Source: Halorubrum sp. (lineage in GTDB: Archaea > Halobacteriota > Halobacteria > Halobacteriales > Haloferacaceae). Taken from it: a stretch of DNA of 64,000 nt. The stretch spans positions 764 through 64,763 of the forward strand of contig JAQCNI010000008.1 of assembly GCA_028275105.1 (NCBI GenBank), in the 5' to 3' direction. The translations under genes and the position numbers were made by a program. The notes below the pieces were generated by a model. It was not told where the DNA came from. It did not search any database and was given only the letters and a program-made list of their open reading frames with translations. Below are positions 1 to 8,952 of this stretch, in pieces (positions within the stretch are counted from its first letter, which is position 1; each line of letters opens with the position of its first letter).

Positions 1-278
1 TCTCCGTGGAGCAGGTCGAGCCGACCCACACATCCCAACGCTGTTCTCGGACGGACTGTGGCTTTACGCACGACGGCAACCGCCACGACGAACACTTCAA
101 GTGCCAGAAGTGTGGGTATGAAGTGAACGCGGATTACAACGCCGCAAAGAATATTGGCGTGCGGTACGCTCGGAAGCGACAACACAAACTCCGTTCCTCG
201 CCCAAGTCGGGGAGCGGAGACGCACAAGTAGACGTGCGTGTGAATGGTGGGACGTTCACGAGAGCAGAGCTCTCGTGA
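1..278 (+). CDS. tnpB: TnpB (IS200/IS605-family OrfB, RNA-guided endonuclease), C-terminal fragment cut by the window edge
   Basis: The frame of ORF 6..278 stays open to base 1. CSRTDCGF...[20 protein letters not shown] is a CxxC..CxxC zinc ribbon followed by the DxNAAxNI RuvC-III motif typical of TnpB. Confidence 0.8.
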   Translation, partial: SVEQVEPTHTSQRCSRTDCGFTHDGNRHDEHFKCQKCGYEVNADYNAAKNIGVRYARKRQHKLRSSPKSGSGDAQVDVRVNGGTFTRAELS

Positions 279-424
279 GCCAACCAGAACGCTCTGCGTT
301 CTGGTGACGTTGAACGGTGAGAGTCACCAGCCTCTTGCTGGCGACTGATTGCCGGGAGTCCACATCAAAGCCCTACCCTCAACGAGCGAACCCCGTATGA
401 GGTGAGCGAAGTAGGGTAGGGTAG
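257..424 (+). ncRNA. Candidate omega-RNA (reRNA) scaffold and right end of the IS element, overlapping the tnpB stop
   Basis: Consecutive perfect hairpins: cacgagag/ctctcgtg (257-277), ccagaacg/cgttctgg (284-304), ggtgac/gtcacc (303-328), ccagc/gctgg (327-341) and ccctaccc/gggtaggg (371-421). The location at the tnpB 3' end is where TnpB guide RNAs are encoded. The exact ends cannot be determined here. Confidence 0.4.
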
Positions 425-515
425 TTTACGGATTGCGTGCGGATAGATCAATCGTGTTGAATGTAGTCGACTTGGTCACTACGGGGTCATTGCTATCGGG
501 GTGACCACCGCCAGA

Positions 516-630
516 GCCCCAGCCGCTCGCTACGATGTCGTTGTTGACGCAGAGAACACCCACAAAGCCCCAGCCGCTCGCTACGATGTCGTTGTTGACG
601 CAGAGAACACCCACAAAGCCCCAGCCGCGA
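516..630. repeat. 51-bp tandem repeat, 2 full copies plus a partial third
   Basis: The string gccccagccgctcgctacgatgtcgttgttgacgcagagaacacccacaaa recurs with its register a at 521, 572 and 623. The third copy diverges into the foldback arm. Confidence 0.9.
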
Positions 631-1404
631 CGACTCACGGCTTCGCCGTTCGCCGGTCAAGGGCTCCCTTCAGTCGCCCTCGCACGGCTCGCGTGACTCG
701 TTGCGCTCCTCGTTCGCTCGCTTCACTCGCTCACTGCGGTGCTTACGTCGTCAAGCGTCGCCCTCGCGGCTGCCCCTTTGGGTCCCACCCTGACCGCACA
801 GCACCGCAGCCTCACGCCTCCCCAGCCTCGTCGCTCGCTCGTGGGCTCCCTTCGGTCGCCCACGTCGCTTACGACTCCCTCGCGCTCGGTTCGTGCCCGC
901 CGGGCACTCACCGGAGCGCGCCACCGCACGTCGGCTCGACCATTCCTTCGGCTGTACTGAGTGATTCCCGTGTGAGTATGAGAAGGCTTGTATGACACTC
1001 ACCCACATCCGGTCGGCGCACTCCGATGAGCGCCCGGCGGGCGCGAATCCGAGCGCGAGGGATGCCGCGAGCGGTGCGAGGTGCGAGTGAAACGAGCACC
1101 TCGATTGCGAGCGGTGAAACCGCGAGCAGTGAGCGGCGAGGTTGGGGAGGCGTGAGGCTGCGGTTGCGGGGCTGTCGGGGTGGGGCTCAAAGGGGCAGCC
1201 GTGATCCCCGCGAGCGGAGCGAGCGGGGGCACGGGAGACGAAGTCTCCCGGAGGGGCGAAGCACGGCGTAGCAAGGACCGCAGGAGCGAGTAACGCGAGC
1301 GACGAGACGCGCAGCGAGTCGCGCGAGTCGTGCGAGGGCGACTGAAGGGAGCCCTCGACTGGCGAACGGCGATGCCGTGAGTCGTCGCGGCTGGGGCTTT
1401 GTGG
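611..1404. repeat. Large imperfect inverted repeat (foldback). Arms are about 611-935 and about 1012-1404 around a spacer of about 75 bp
   Basis: The outer about 85 nt (ccacaaagccccagccgcgacgactcacggc...cagtcgccctcgcacg) are near-identical to the reverse complement of 1320-1404. Inner blocks (ggctgcccctttg.g.cccacc, gcagcctcacgcctcccca, ccctcgcgctcgg.ttcg..cccgccgggc) also match, with indels between them. Confidence 0.85.
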
Positions 1405-1494
1405 ACGGTCTCCGCGTCAGCGACGTATCCCGGAGCAATTTAACCCCAACCGGCGTTCACCACGAAAAATCTCGGGACCCAGCCTCACTCCCCC

Positions 1495-2649
1495 TTAAAC
1501 CCCGAACGTCGCCCGCAGCATGTCCCGCGTCCCGGGCCCAAGCCCGACGGCGAGCACGGTGAGGAGCAACAACAACGTGTAGCGCGGCGACTCCTCGAAC
1601 AGTTCCCCGTTGAATACCCACACGACGAACGTGGCCGCGACGAGCTTGACGAGGAGGAAGGGCCACGCGTCGCCGGTGATCGCCGCGATTGACGCCGGAA
1701 GGAACCGACCGGTCAGGTTCACCACCAGCTCGTTGACGACGTGTTTCGGGAAGAGGTCCGGCGTCCCGGTCAGCGCCGGCATCCAGTCGAGCCCGATCAC
1801 GTTGGCGACGCCGTCAACCGCGTGTCCCCAGATGATCACGAGCCCGGCGACCCCGGTTCCCCGGTTGATCGACGGCTCGAACGCCTCGATCAGTTTCCAC
1901 GTCGCCGCGGCGGCGGCGGTCGCGAGCACGAGCACCAGCGTGGCCACCTGCGGGTAGAAATCCACGTAGTCGGTCGTGGCCGCCAGGAACCCCAAGTAGC
2001 CGACCGCGAGGAGCAACACGGCGGTTCCGGCCCCGAACAGCGGCGTCGCGTAGTCGTCGACGATCCCCCGGTCCGCGGCCGCGTACGCGGCGAGCACACA
2101 GACGAGCGTCACGCCGAACACGGTGAAGTAGATGAACGGGCTGATGATCAGCGCGCTCCACGGGAACGCGATCAGCGGCTCGGTGCCGGCGTCCATCGCC
2201 GCAACCCCGGCGTCCTCGACGGTGCGCAACGCGCCGCCGAAGAGGACGAACGGGAACAGCGCGTAGAAGAACCGGTACTCCTCGCCGATCCGTAGCCGCC
2301 GGAGCAGGAACAGCACGCCGATCAACATCCCCAGAAGGATGACGATGTAACTCACCGTCGAAAAGGTCGTGTACCCCGGGGACGCGACGACCTTGCCGGC
2401 TGCGGCCGCCTCCGCACAGGCCTCGGCGCTCGTCACCAACGTCGTCTCGCCGCCGGCACGGACCGCGCACTCTGCGCCCCGTCCGTCGGCCACGACCGGC
2501 CCCCAGAAGTACCGCCAGAGGAACCGGTCGTACACGACCCGTGGAAAAACGATCGATCCGACGACGAGGAGCCCGGTGATGGCGGCGACCGCCGCCCCCC
2601 ACGCGCGCTCCGGGGAGAGTCCGAACCGGTCCGCCACCCATGTACTCAT
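1495..2649 (-). CDS. Polytopic membrane protein, DUF63-like
   Basis: 384-aa ORF with an ATG start and many hydrophobic segments. The [12 protein letters not shown]...PKHVVNE region recalls archaeal DUF63 proteins. Family assignment is from memory. Confidence 0.6.
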   Translation of the reverse strand: MSTWVADRFGLSPERAWGAAVAAITGLLVVGSIVFPRVVYDRFLWRYFWGPVVADGRGAECAVRAGGETTLVTSAEACAEAAAAGKVVASPGYTTFSTVSYIVILLGMLIGVLFLLRRLRIGEEYRFFYALFPFVLFGGALRTVEDAGVAAMDAGTEPLIAFPWSALIISPFIYFTVFGVTLVCVLAAYAAADRGIVDDYATPLFGAGTAVLLLAVGYLGFLAATTDYVDFYPQVATLVLVLATAAAAATWKLIEAFEPSINRGTGVAGLVIIWGHAVDGVANVIGLDWMPALTGTPDLFPKHVVNELVVNLTGRFLPASIAAITGDAWPFLLVKLVAATFVVWVFNGELFEESPRYTLLLLLTVLAVGLGPGTRDMLRATFGV

Positions 2650-2746
2650 GGCTCACGTTCAGTGGGTTCGCGGGTTGAGCGTTCCGGTCCTGGACGGGGC
2701 GTGGGGGACGTGTCGTGCCCCTCCGAACCGGTCCCGCGCACCGGCC

Positions 2747-2801
2747 CCGCATCAACTCCGCATCGACTCCGCATCAACTCCGCATCGACTCCGCATCGAC
2801 C
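2747..2801. repeat. 11-bp direct repeat, 5 copies (ccgcatcRact)
   Basis: ccgcatc begins at 2747, 2758, 2769, 2780 and 2791. The repeat lies between the DUF63 gene start and the lrp stop. Confidence 0.9.
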
Positions 2802-2896
2802 CCACCAACCGCCGCGATTAGCTGAACACAGGCACTAAGCCCCCGTCCTCAACAAGCGAGGGGCGGGTAGCCCCGAGCGCGGTAGGGCAGGGTAGC

Positions 2897-3346
2897 TCAC
2901 ACCGGCGGTCCCGGTTCCTCGTAGTCGGTCCCGAGGACGATCATCGTCTGTGACCGGGAGAACCCGTCCATGTTCGCGACCCGCTCGAACATTAGCTCCC
3001 GGAGACGACCGGTGTCCGCGGCGGCGACCCGGAGGATCACGTCCCACTCGCCGGTCGTCAGGTGGATCGCGGTCACGCCATCGATCGCCCGGAGACTGTC
3101 GAGTGCGTCCTCCTCGCGCCCCTGCTCGACCCGGAGCCCGACGAGCGCGCTGACGCCGTATCCGACGGCCTTGGGGTCGATGGACGCGTGGTATCCCTCG
3201 ATGACCCCCTCGTCCTCCAGCCGGCCGACCCGGTCGTGAACCGTCGCACTCGACATGTCGATCCGGCGCGCGATCTCCGAGAACGGGGTCCGCGCGTCGG
3301 CCTGGAGGATCCGGAGGATGTCCCGGTCCGTCTCATCCAATTCCAT
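2897..3346 (-). CDS. Lrp/AsnC-family transcriptional regulator
   Basis: MELDETDRDILRILQADARTPFSEIARRIDMSSATVHDRVGRLEDEGVIEGY is an HTH followed by a RAM/ACT-like C-terminal domain. ATG at 3346. The upstream part of the track ORF is Arg/Pro-rich and unlikely to be coding. Confidence 0.9.
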   Translation of the reverse strand: MELDETDRDILRILQADARTPFSEIARRIDMSSATVHDRVGRLEDEGVIEGYHASIDPKAVGYGVSALVGLRVEQGREEDALDSLRAIDGVTAIHLTTGEWDVILRVAAADTGRLRELMFERVANMDGFSRSQTMIVLGTDYEEPGPPV

Positions 3347-3474
3347 ACATGATCGTCGCCGGCCGAGGACTTTGAACTTCCGGCACGACCCGGGCCACCC
3401 GTGTCCGGCGGGCCCCGGACCGGGGGCCACGCTTCGGCGGGGAACTTTTGCTACTCGCGGTAGTAGCATGGGTC

Positions 3475-4224
3475 ATGAATCTCCGGCCCGCAACCGCCGC
3501 CGACGTGGAATCGATCCGCAAAGTAGCCCGCAAATCGCTTACTGCCTCGTACGGCCACGTGCTCGACGAGACGCGCCTCGCCGACGCCGTCGAGAAGTGG
3601 TACGCCGCGGACGACGTCGACGAGGCGGTGACCGACCCGGACACCGTGTTCCCGGTGGCCGTCGTCGACGACGCGGTCGTCGCGTTCGCCGAGGGCTACG
3701 TGGTCGACCGCCGGGTGCGGGTCGGTGAGATAGACTGGATCCACGTCCACCCCGACCACCGTGAGCGGGGGATCGGCTCCGCGCTGCTGGAACGCCTCGA
3801 GTCGGCGCTCCGCGACCGCGACGCCGACAGCATCGAGGGGCGGGTGCTCGTCGACAACGAGGCCGGAGGCGTGTTCTACGAGCGTGAAGGGTACGAACCG
3901 TCCGGCGAGCGCGTCGTCGAGGTCGACACTGAGCAGTTCGATCAGCGGCACTACCGCAAGCAGATCGACCACGACGACGTCCTGCGAGAGGGGGTGTACG
4001 AGACGAGCGACGGGGAGACCGTGTACGTCGACTTCTCCACCGGGGATCGGGGGTCGGCGGCGCCGTTTTACGCCGCGTATGACGACGCGGGCCACGAGAA
4101 CCGATACGGCTACTTCTGCGGGAACTGTGAGGGGACGAACGTCGCCATCGACACGATGGATGCCGTCGAGTGTCTCGACTGTGACAACCGCCGGCAGCCG
4201 TCGCGCTGGGACGCGGCGTACTGA
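3475..4224 (+). CDS. GNAT-family N-acetyltransferase with a C-terminal Cys-rich (zinc-ribbon-like) tail
   Basis: IHVHPDHRERGIGSALLERLE is the GNAT motif A (Q/RxxGxG/A). The tail is YFCGNCEG...ECLDCDN. ATG at 3475. Confidence 0.8.
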   Translation: MNLRPATAADVESIRKVARKSLTASYGHVLDETRLADAVEKWYAADDVDEAVTDPDTVFPVAVVDDAVVAFAEGYVVDRRVRVGEIDWIHVHPDHRERGIGSALLERLESALRDRDADSIEGRVLVDNEAGGVFYEREGYEPSGERVVEVDTEQFDQRHYRKQIDHDDVLREGVYETSDGETVYVDFSTGDRGSAAPFYAAYDDAGHENRYGYFCGNCEGTNVAIDTMDAVECLDCDNRRQPSRWDAAY

Positions 4225-4293
4225 GCGGAACTCGTCGACCCGTTTCGTCGTCCCGGTTGCCCGTCCTGCCGTCCCCGTCGTCCGGCCTGCCGA

Positions 4294-5286
4294 TCAGCGC
4301 GTCTCCTTGACGCCCAACACGCGCTCCTCGGCCTCGCGACCGGGGTCCCACTCGCCGCCGTCACGGTCGGATTCCCGATGGTCCGCGACGGACCGGGCCA
4401 TCGCCTCCTCGACGGGCGTCGAGTCCCACCCGAGGTCGGCGAGCGCGCAGGTATCGAGCAGGTGCGGAAACTCCCGATACAGAATGAAGTCGTCCGGTTC
4501 GAGGTCGCCGGCCGCGAGGGCGTCCGGCCCCGCGGGGACCGGCGTACACTCCGTGTCGGCGACGTCCGCGATCATCTCCACCATCTCGGAGAGGGTGACC
4601 GCCCGCCGGTCGCCGACGTTGTACGCCGCGCCCGGATCGCCGTGCTCGGCGACGATCCGGAGCGCCCGAGCGACGTCCTCGACGTACGCCCGGTGCCAGA
4701 CGTTGTCGCCGTCGCCGGGGATCACCACCCGGTCGTACGACAGGACGCGGTCGATCCAGTAGTCGAACCGCTCGGTATAGTCGTGTGGGCCGTACACGAT
4801 ACACGGCCGGATGGACATCGCGTTCACCCCCTCCTCCGCGGCCGAAAACATCGCGCGGTCGCCCGCGGCCTTCCGGTTCCCGTACGTGGCGTCCCCGTCG
4901 TCGGTCGCCTGCTCGGGGGTACACGACCGGAGGGGCGTCTCGCCCTCGCGTTTCGGTATCTCCTCGGTCGCGTACGCGGCCCCCGAGGAGATGTACACGT
5001 AACCGTCGACGTCGGCGAACACGTCGGTCGCCGTCTCGACGTCCGCCGGGTGATAGGCCACACAGTCGATCACGACGTCGGGCTTGACGGAGAGTCGGGC
5101 GGTCCGGAGCGCCCGTTCGTTCGTGCGGTCGCCCTCGACGTGGCTGACGCGGTCGTCGGCCGCGAACGGGTTCTCGTGGGTCCCGCGATTGAGGATCGCG
5201 ACCTCGTAGTCGTGATCGAGAAGCTCCACGACGGTGTGTCGGCCGATGAACCGCGTACCGCCGATCACGAGCGCAGTCCGGGGCAT
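4294..5286 (-). CDS. NAD-dependent epimerase/dehydratase family protein
   Basis: The N-terminal ALVIGGTRFIGRH Rossmann GxxGxxG motif and an SDR-extended layout over 330 aa. Confidence 0.85.
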   Translation of the reverse strand: MPRTALVIGGTRFIGRHTVVELLDHDYEVAILNRGTHENPFAADDRVSHVEGDRTNERALRTARLSVKPDVVIDCVAYHPADVETATDVFADVDGYVYISSGAAYATEEIPKREGETPLRSCTPEQATDDGDATYGNRKAAGDRAMFSAAEEGVNAMSIRPCIVYGPHDYTERFDYWIDRVLSYDRVVIPGDGDNVWHRAYVEDVARALRIVAEHGDPGAAYNVGDRRAVTLSEMVEMIADVADTECTPVPAGPDALAAGDLEPDDFILYREFPHLLDTCALADLGWDSTPVEEAMARSVADHRESDRDGGEWDPGREAEERVLGVKETR

Positions 5287-5355
5287 ACCGGCCGTCCGCG
5301 GGGCGCGGTGAAAAAGGTGAACGAACCGGAACGGGAGTCGCGTGGACGCCGTCCG

Positions 5356-5508
5356 TCAGTCGTCGCCGGCATCGTCGGCGCGCGGACCGTCGCCGCGCCA
5401 CCGCTTGTAGAGGTAGTACGCCACCAGGAACCCGGAGCTCCAGAACGCCACGCCGAACAGCGCGGCGCGTATCCCGGGAAGAAGCTCGCTCGTCGGGAAG
5501 CCGAACAT
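5356..5508 (-). CDS. Small membrane protein (hypothetical)
   Basis: MFGFPTSELLPGIRAALFGVAFWSSGFLVAYYLYKRW has one or two TM segments and an acidic tail. ATG at 5508, with an alternative GTG at 5562. Confidence 0.4.
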   Translation of the reverse strand: MFGFPTSELLPGIRAALFGVAFWSSGFLVAYYLYKRWRGDGPRADDAGDD

Positions 5509-5586
5509 ACCATCGTTCGGTCGGTCGCGGACATAAACACTCGGAGGGCGGTAAGTACTCACCGTCGGAGTTCGTACCGCCCGAAC

Positions 5587-6144
5587 ATGAGCGAGATCAG
5601 TCGACGGCGACCGTGGCTCGCCGTGGTGCTAGCGCTCCTGATACCCGGCCTCGGGCACGCGTACCTCCGGCGGTGGGGGCGCGCGCTCGGCTGGTACGTG
5701 GGGATCACGGCGACCCTCGTCCTCCTCGTACCGGACGCGGCGATCGACCAGCTCCTGGCGCGTGAACCCCCGCCGCTGGCCGACGTCCTGCCGGCGTTGA
5801 TCGTCGGCGCCGGCAGCGTCGTCGACGCCTACGTCATCGCCGTCCGCAACAACCGGGAGTACGAACGACGGATGCGTGCTCGTTCGACCGGGGGCGGGGC
5901 CGGCGCGCGCGAGGACGACCGCAGCCCGGACGGCACGCGCGAGGACGACCGCAGCCCGGACGGCACGCGCGAGGACGACCGCAGCCCGGCCGGCCCGGCG
6001 GTCGGCGCGGACGAACCGGGGAACGCGGGGGATCCGGCCGCGGTGCTCGAGTGTCCCCACTGCGGACGGGAGACGGACCCGGATATCGACTTCTGTCACT
6101 GGTGTACCGAGCCGTTCGACGCCGGAGCCGGAACGGCCGAATAG
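5587..6144 (+). CDS. Membrane protein with an internal 10-aa tandem repeat and a C-terminal zinc ribbon
   Basis: ATG at 5587. Two TM helices (LAVVLALLIPGLGHAYL, GWYVGITATLVLLV), then REDDRSPDGT three times, then CPHCG...FCHWC. The rest of track ORF 4378..6144 is an antisense shadow of the epimerase gene. Confidence 0.6.
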   Translation: MSEISRRRPWLAVVLALLIPGLGHAYLRRWGRALGWYVGITATLVLLVPDAAIDQLLAREPPPLADVLPALIVGAGSVVDAYVIAVRNNREYERRMRARSTGGGAGAREDDRSPDGTREDDRSPDGTREDDRSPAGPAVGADEPGNAGDPAAVLECPHCGRETDPDIDFCHWCTEPFDAGAGTAE

Positions 6145-6203
6145 CCCGAACTCTCCACGGCTCGACCGGATTCGTCGCTACCGAGTGCGCCGATCCGGTC
6201 CCG

Positions 6204-6875
6204 CTATCGATACGTTTCGACGAACGCGACGACGTCGGTCAACTCGGCCTCGTCGATCCCGTGGCCGACGGGGTAGGTTTCGTGCGTAACGTCGGCGCCG
6301 ACGGCGGAGAGCCGCTCGGCCGCGGCCGCCGATCGGGATTCGGGGATCACTCGATCCCCGGTGCCGGCGCCGACGAACACGGGTTTCCCCGCGATCCCAT
6401 CCGGGTCAAGGTCGGCGTGCGAGTCGGGGAGGTAGCCGTGGAGCGCGACGACCCACGCGTAGCGCTCGGGCGACTCCAACACGGCCGCGAGGCTCGTGAT
6501 CGCGCCCTGACTGAAGCCGAGCAGGCCGAGGCGATCGGCATCGAGGTCGTACGCCTCGACCGCGGCCTCGACGCTCTCGACGATGCGGTCGAGGCTCCGG
6601 CGGAAGTCCGCCGCGTGCGGTTGACTCTCGTGGAGGCCGCCGCCGGAGAGGTCGAGTTCGTACCACGTGTACCCGCCCTGGAGTCGGTCCGGGGCACGGA
6701 GGCTAACGACGTGGAGGTCGTCCGGAAGCGCGTTCGCGACCGACAACAGATCCTCCTCGTCGGCCCCGCGACCGTGAAGGACGAAAACCGCCGGCGCGCT
6801 CGCCGGATCGTCGGGTGCGTTCGCCGAGTCGCCGTCGGGCGCGACGTGGACGTGTTCCAAGGGGAGTTCGGCCAT
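6204..6875 (-). CDS. Phospholipase/carboxylesterase-family alpha/beta hydrolase
   Basis: VFVLHGRGADEEDL, the nucleophile elbow GFSQGA, and GDRVIP...GHGI. ATG at 6875. Confidence 0.8.
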   Translation of the reverse strand: MAELPLEHVHVAPDGDSANAPDDPASAPAVFVLHGRGADEEDLLSVANALPDDLHVVSLRAPDRLQGGYTWYELDLSGGGLHESQPHAADFRRSLDRIVESVEAAVEAYDLDADRLGLLGFSQGAITSLAAVLESPERYAWVVALHGYLPDSHADLDPDGIAGKPVFVGAGTGDRVIPESRSAAAAERLSAVGADVTHETYPVGHGIDEAELTDVVAFVETYR

Positions 6876-6975
6876 GGCCACCGTTCGACGGCGTGGGGGT
6901 TGTATTCGTCGGCCGCGGCAGCGGTGGCAGCCAGCGGCAGCTGGAGGCTCAGTCCGCACCGACGAACGCGGACAC

Positions 6976-7770
6976 TCAGATGAACGCGAGGGGAAGCATG
7001 GCGAGGGTCCCGAGCAGGATCCCGCCCGCGAGCTCCGGCTTGCCGCCGTTCGGCAGTGCGCCGCCGGCGTCAAGCGCCTCGGGGATGAACTCGCTCACCA
7101 CGAGGTAGATCATCGCGCCGGCGGCGAAGCCGAAGCCGAACGGGAGGAACTCGCGCGCAACTCGAACGAACGCGAACGCGAGCACGGCCCCGATCGGCTG
7201 CGGGAGACTCGAGAACACCGCCCACCACACCATCCGCGGCTCGGAGACGTCCATCGCCCGCAACGGGATCGAGATCGCCGTCCCCTCCGGCACGTTGTGG
7301 ATCGAGATCGCGATGGTCATGAACACCGCAAGCGCGGGCACGGTGGCGCCGAGGATCGAGATTCCACCCTCGAGCCCGATGTCCGCGAACGACACTCCGA
7401 CGGCGACGCCCTCAGGGAAGCTATGGACGGTCAACACGCCGAGGATCAGGACGAGTTTCGTGAAGTCCGCCTCCTCGTACTCGCGCGGGTCGACCTCGGC
7501 GTCGACGAGGACTTCGTGGGCGAGCACGACGAGCGCGACGCCGACGAGCATCCCGAGCGCGACCTCCGGGATGGTCCCCTCGGCCAACCCCTCCTCGATC
7601 AGACCGAACAGCGATGCGGTCACCATGATCCCCGAGGAGATACCCCAGAGGACGACGTTCCCCCGATCGCTGATGCTGTCGAAGAAGAAGAACGGAATCG
7701 CCCCGAGTCCCGTCGCGAGCGCCGTGAGGAGTCCGGCGGCGAAGACGAACACGAGGTTCTCGGCGAGCAC
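6976..7770 (-). CDS. ZIP-family divalent metal transporter (ZupT-like)
   Basis: About 8 TM segments plus the HSFPEGVAVG and HNVPEG motifs. GTG start at 7770. Confidence 0.9.
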   Translation of the reverse strand: MLAENLVFVFAAGLLTALATGLGAIPFFFFDSISDRGNVVLWGISSGIMVTASLFGLIEEGLAEGTIPEVALGMLVGVALVVLAHEVLVDAEVDPREYEEADFTKLVLILGVLTVHSFPEGVAVGVSFADIGLEGGISILGATVPALAVFMTIAISIHNVPEGTAISIPLRAMDVSEPRMVWWAVFSSLPQPIGAVLAFAFVRVAREFLPFGFGFAAGAMIYLVVSEFIPEALDAGGALPNGGKPELAGGILLGTLAMLPLAFI

Positions 7771-7833
7771 TATTGGATCCGAAACTGATCGACGGAAGCC
7801 GATATCGATGTCGGATCCGGCATTCGATGCCGT

Positions 7834-8077
7834 CTACGTTCCGGTCCCCTCCGGCGCGCGCTCGGGGGTCACGATGAGGTCGAGCGGGACGTCATGCGGG
7901 TCCGGGTCACGCAGCCGCGGGTTAGCCACATGGAGCCACACGGAGAATTTTGTCCGCGCGCAACGTTGCCCGCCGGACCGGCAGTTGGGGCGCGTCGGGG
8001 GTGGCCGCGCGATTTCGCGCGATTCCGCGCGATTCGAGGTCGCCCCGGACGGCCTCGCGAAGCGCCTGTTTATCCAT
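7834..8077 (-). pseudogene. Decayed 5-formyltetrahydrofolate cyclo-ligase-family gene (internal deletions plus a frameshift)
   Basis: From ATG 8077: MDKQALREAVRGDLESRGIAR..TPDAPQLPVRRATLRADK, then a stop. A second frame continues PRLRDPDPHDVPLDLIVTPER to TAG 7834. These blocks match my recollection of full-length (about 200 aa) haloarchaeal homologs. The length is not a multiple of 3. Confidence 0.45.
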
Positions 8078-8195
8078 ACGCGTCGTCGGCCCGGCCACCG
8101 GGTGAACGGGTCGGCGGCGGGACCGGTCGATCGAGCCATCCGGGACGGTCGGCCCGTTCTCCGGGGTTTATACTCCATCGACGGAACTACCGGGT

Positions 8196-8891
8196 ATGCT
8201 CAAGGACGGACTCTCGTATCCGGTCCGCGGAGACTGGGTGGGGCGCATCGTGATCGGCGGCGTGTTGGGGTTTCTCTCGGTGTTGGTGCTCCCGGGGATC
8301 GTCGTGCTCGGGTACCTCGTTCGGGTGCTCGAAACCACCGTGTCCGGTGCCGATGTCCCGCCGGAGTTCATCGACTGGGGCGACCTCCTCGTGACGGGTA
8401 TCGTCGGGACCCTCATCGCCCTTGCGTACACGGTTCTCCCGGTCGTCGTGTACGCGGTCGCGGTCCTCGTCGTGTTCGGGACCGGCGGAGCGATCGGCGG
8501 CGACGCCGGGGCGTTCGTCGGCGTCGTCGGGGTCCTGATGGCTCTCGGGTTCCTGCCGGTGTTGTTGCTCGTCTACTACGCGGTCCCGGCGGCGTTGACG
8601 GCGTACGCGGTGAGCGGCGACGTCGGCGCCGCCTTCGATGTGGCGCGCCTGAAGCCGACGCTTCTCAGTAGCGCGTATTTCGTCTCGGTGCTCATGCCGC
8701 TCGTCGTGTCACTCCTACTCTGGGTCGTGACCGCCGTTCTCGCGGTTACCGTGGTCGGCTTGGTGCTCGTCCCGTTCGTCCAGTTTTACGGACAGGTAGC
8801 GGTGTTCCGGATGTTCGGCTCGGCGTTCGCGGCCGAGAGCGACCGGATCGATGCGGGGGTGCCGGGGACCGGCGGCGACGCCCCGGGGTGA
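8196..8891 (+). CDS. DUF4013-like membrane protein
   Basis: [21 protein letters not shown]...[31 protein letters not shown] plus about 6 TM segments. Confidence 0.7.
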   Translation: MLKDGLSYPVRGDWVGRIVIGGVLGFLSVLVLPGIVVLGYLVRVLETTVSGADVPPEFIDWGDLLVTGIVGTLIALAYTVLPVVVYAVAVLVVFGTGGAIGGDAGAFVGVVGVLMALGFLPVLLLVYYAVPAALTAYAVSGDVGAAFDVARLKPTLLSSAYFVSVLMPLVVSLLLWVVTAVLAVTVVGLVLVPFVQFYGQVAVFRMFGSAFAAESDRIDAGVPGTGGDAPG

Positions 8892-8952
8892 CGCGCGTCC
8901 GCGGCGGGGATCCGACGCGCCGTTTAACCCCGTGGGGGATCCACGTCCGGGT

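Noticed and set aside
999-1274. Identical peptides encoded at 999-1274 (minus strand) and 9575-9985 (plus strand), which might suggest a duplicated small gene
   Set aside because: The identity follows from the DNA repeat itself. The peptides are low-complexity Ser/Arg/Pro/Ala strings, several overlapping frames are open, and no start or promoter context supports translation.
4378-6144. 588-aa ORF on the plus strand
   Set aside because: Its first about 400 codons are Arg/Gly/Pro/Val-rich and lie exactly antisense to the well-supported epimerase gene (4294-5286). Only the last 185 codons (5587-6144) look like a real protein.
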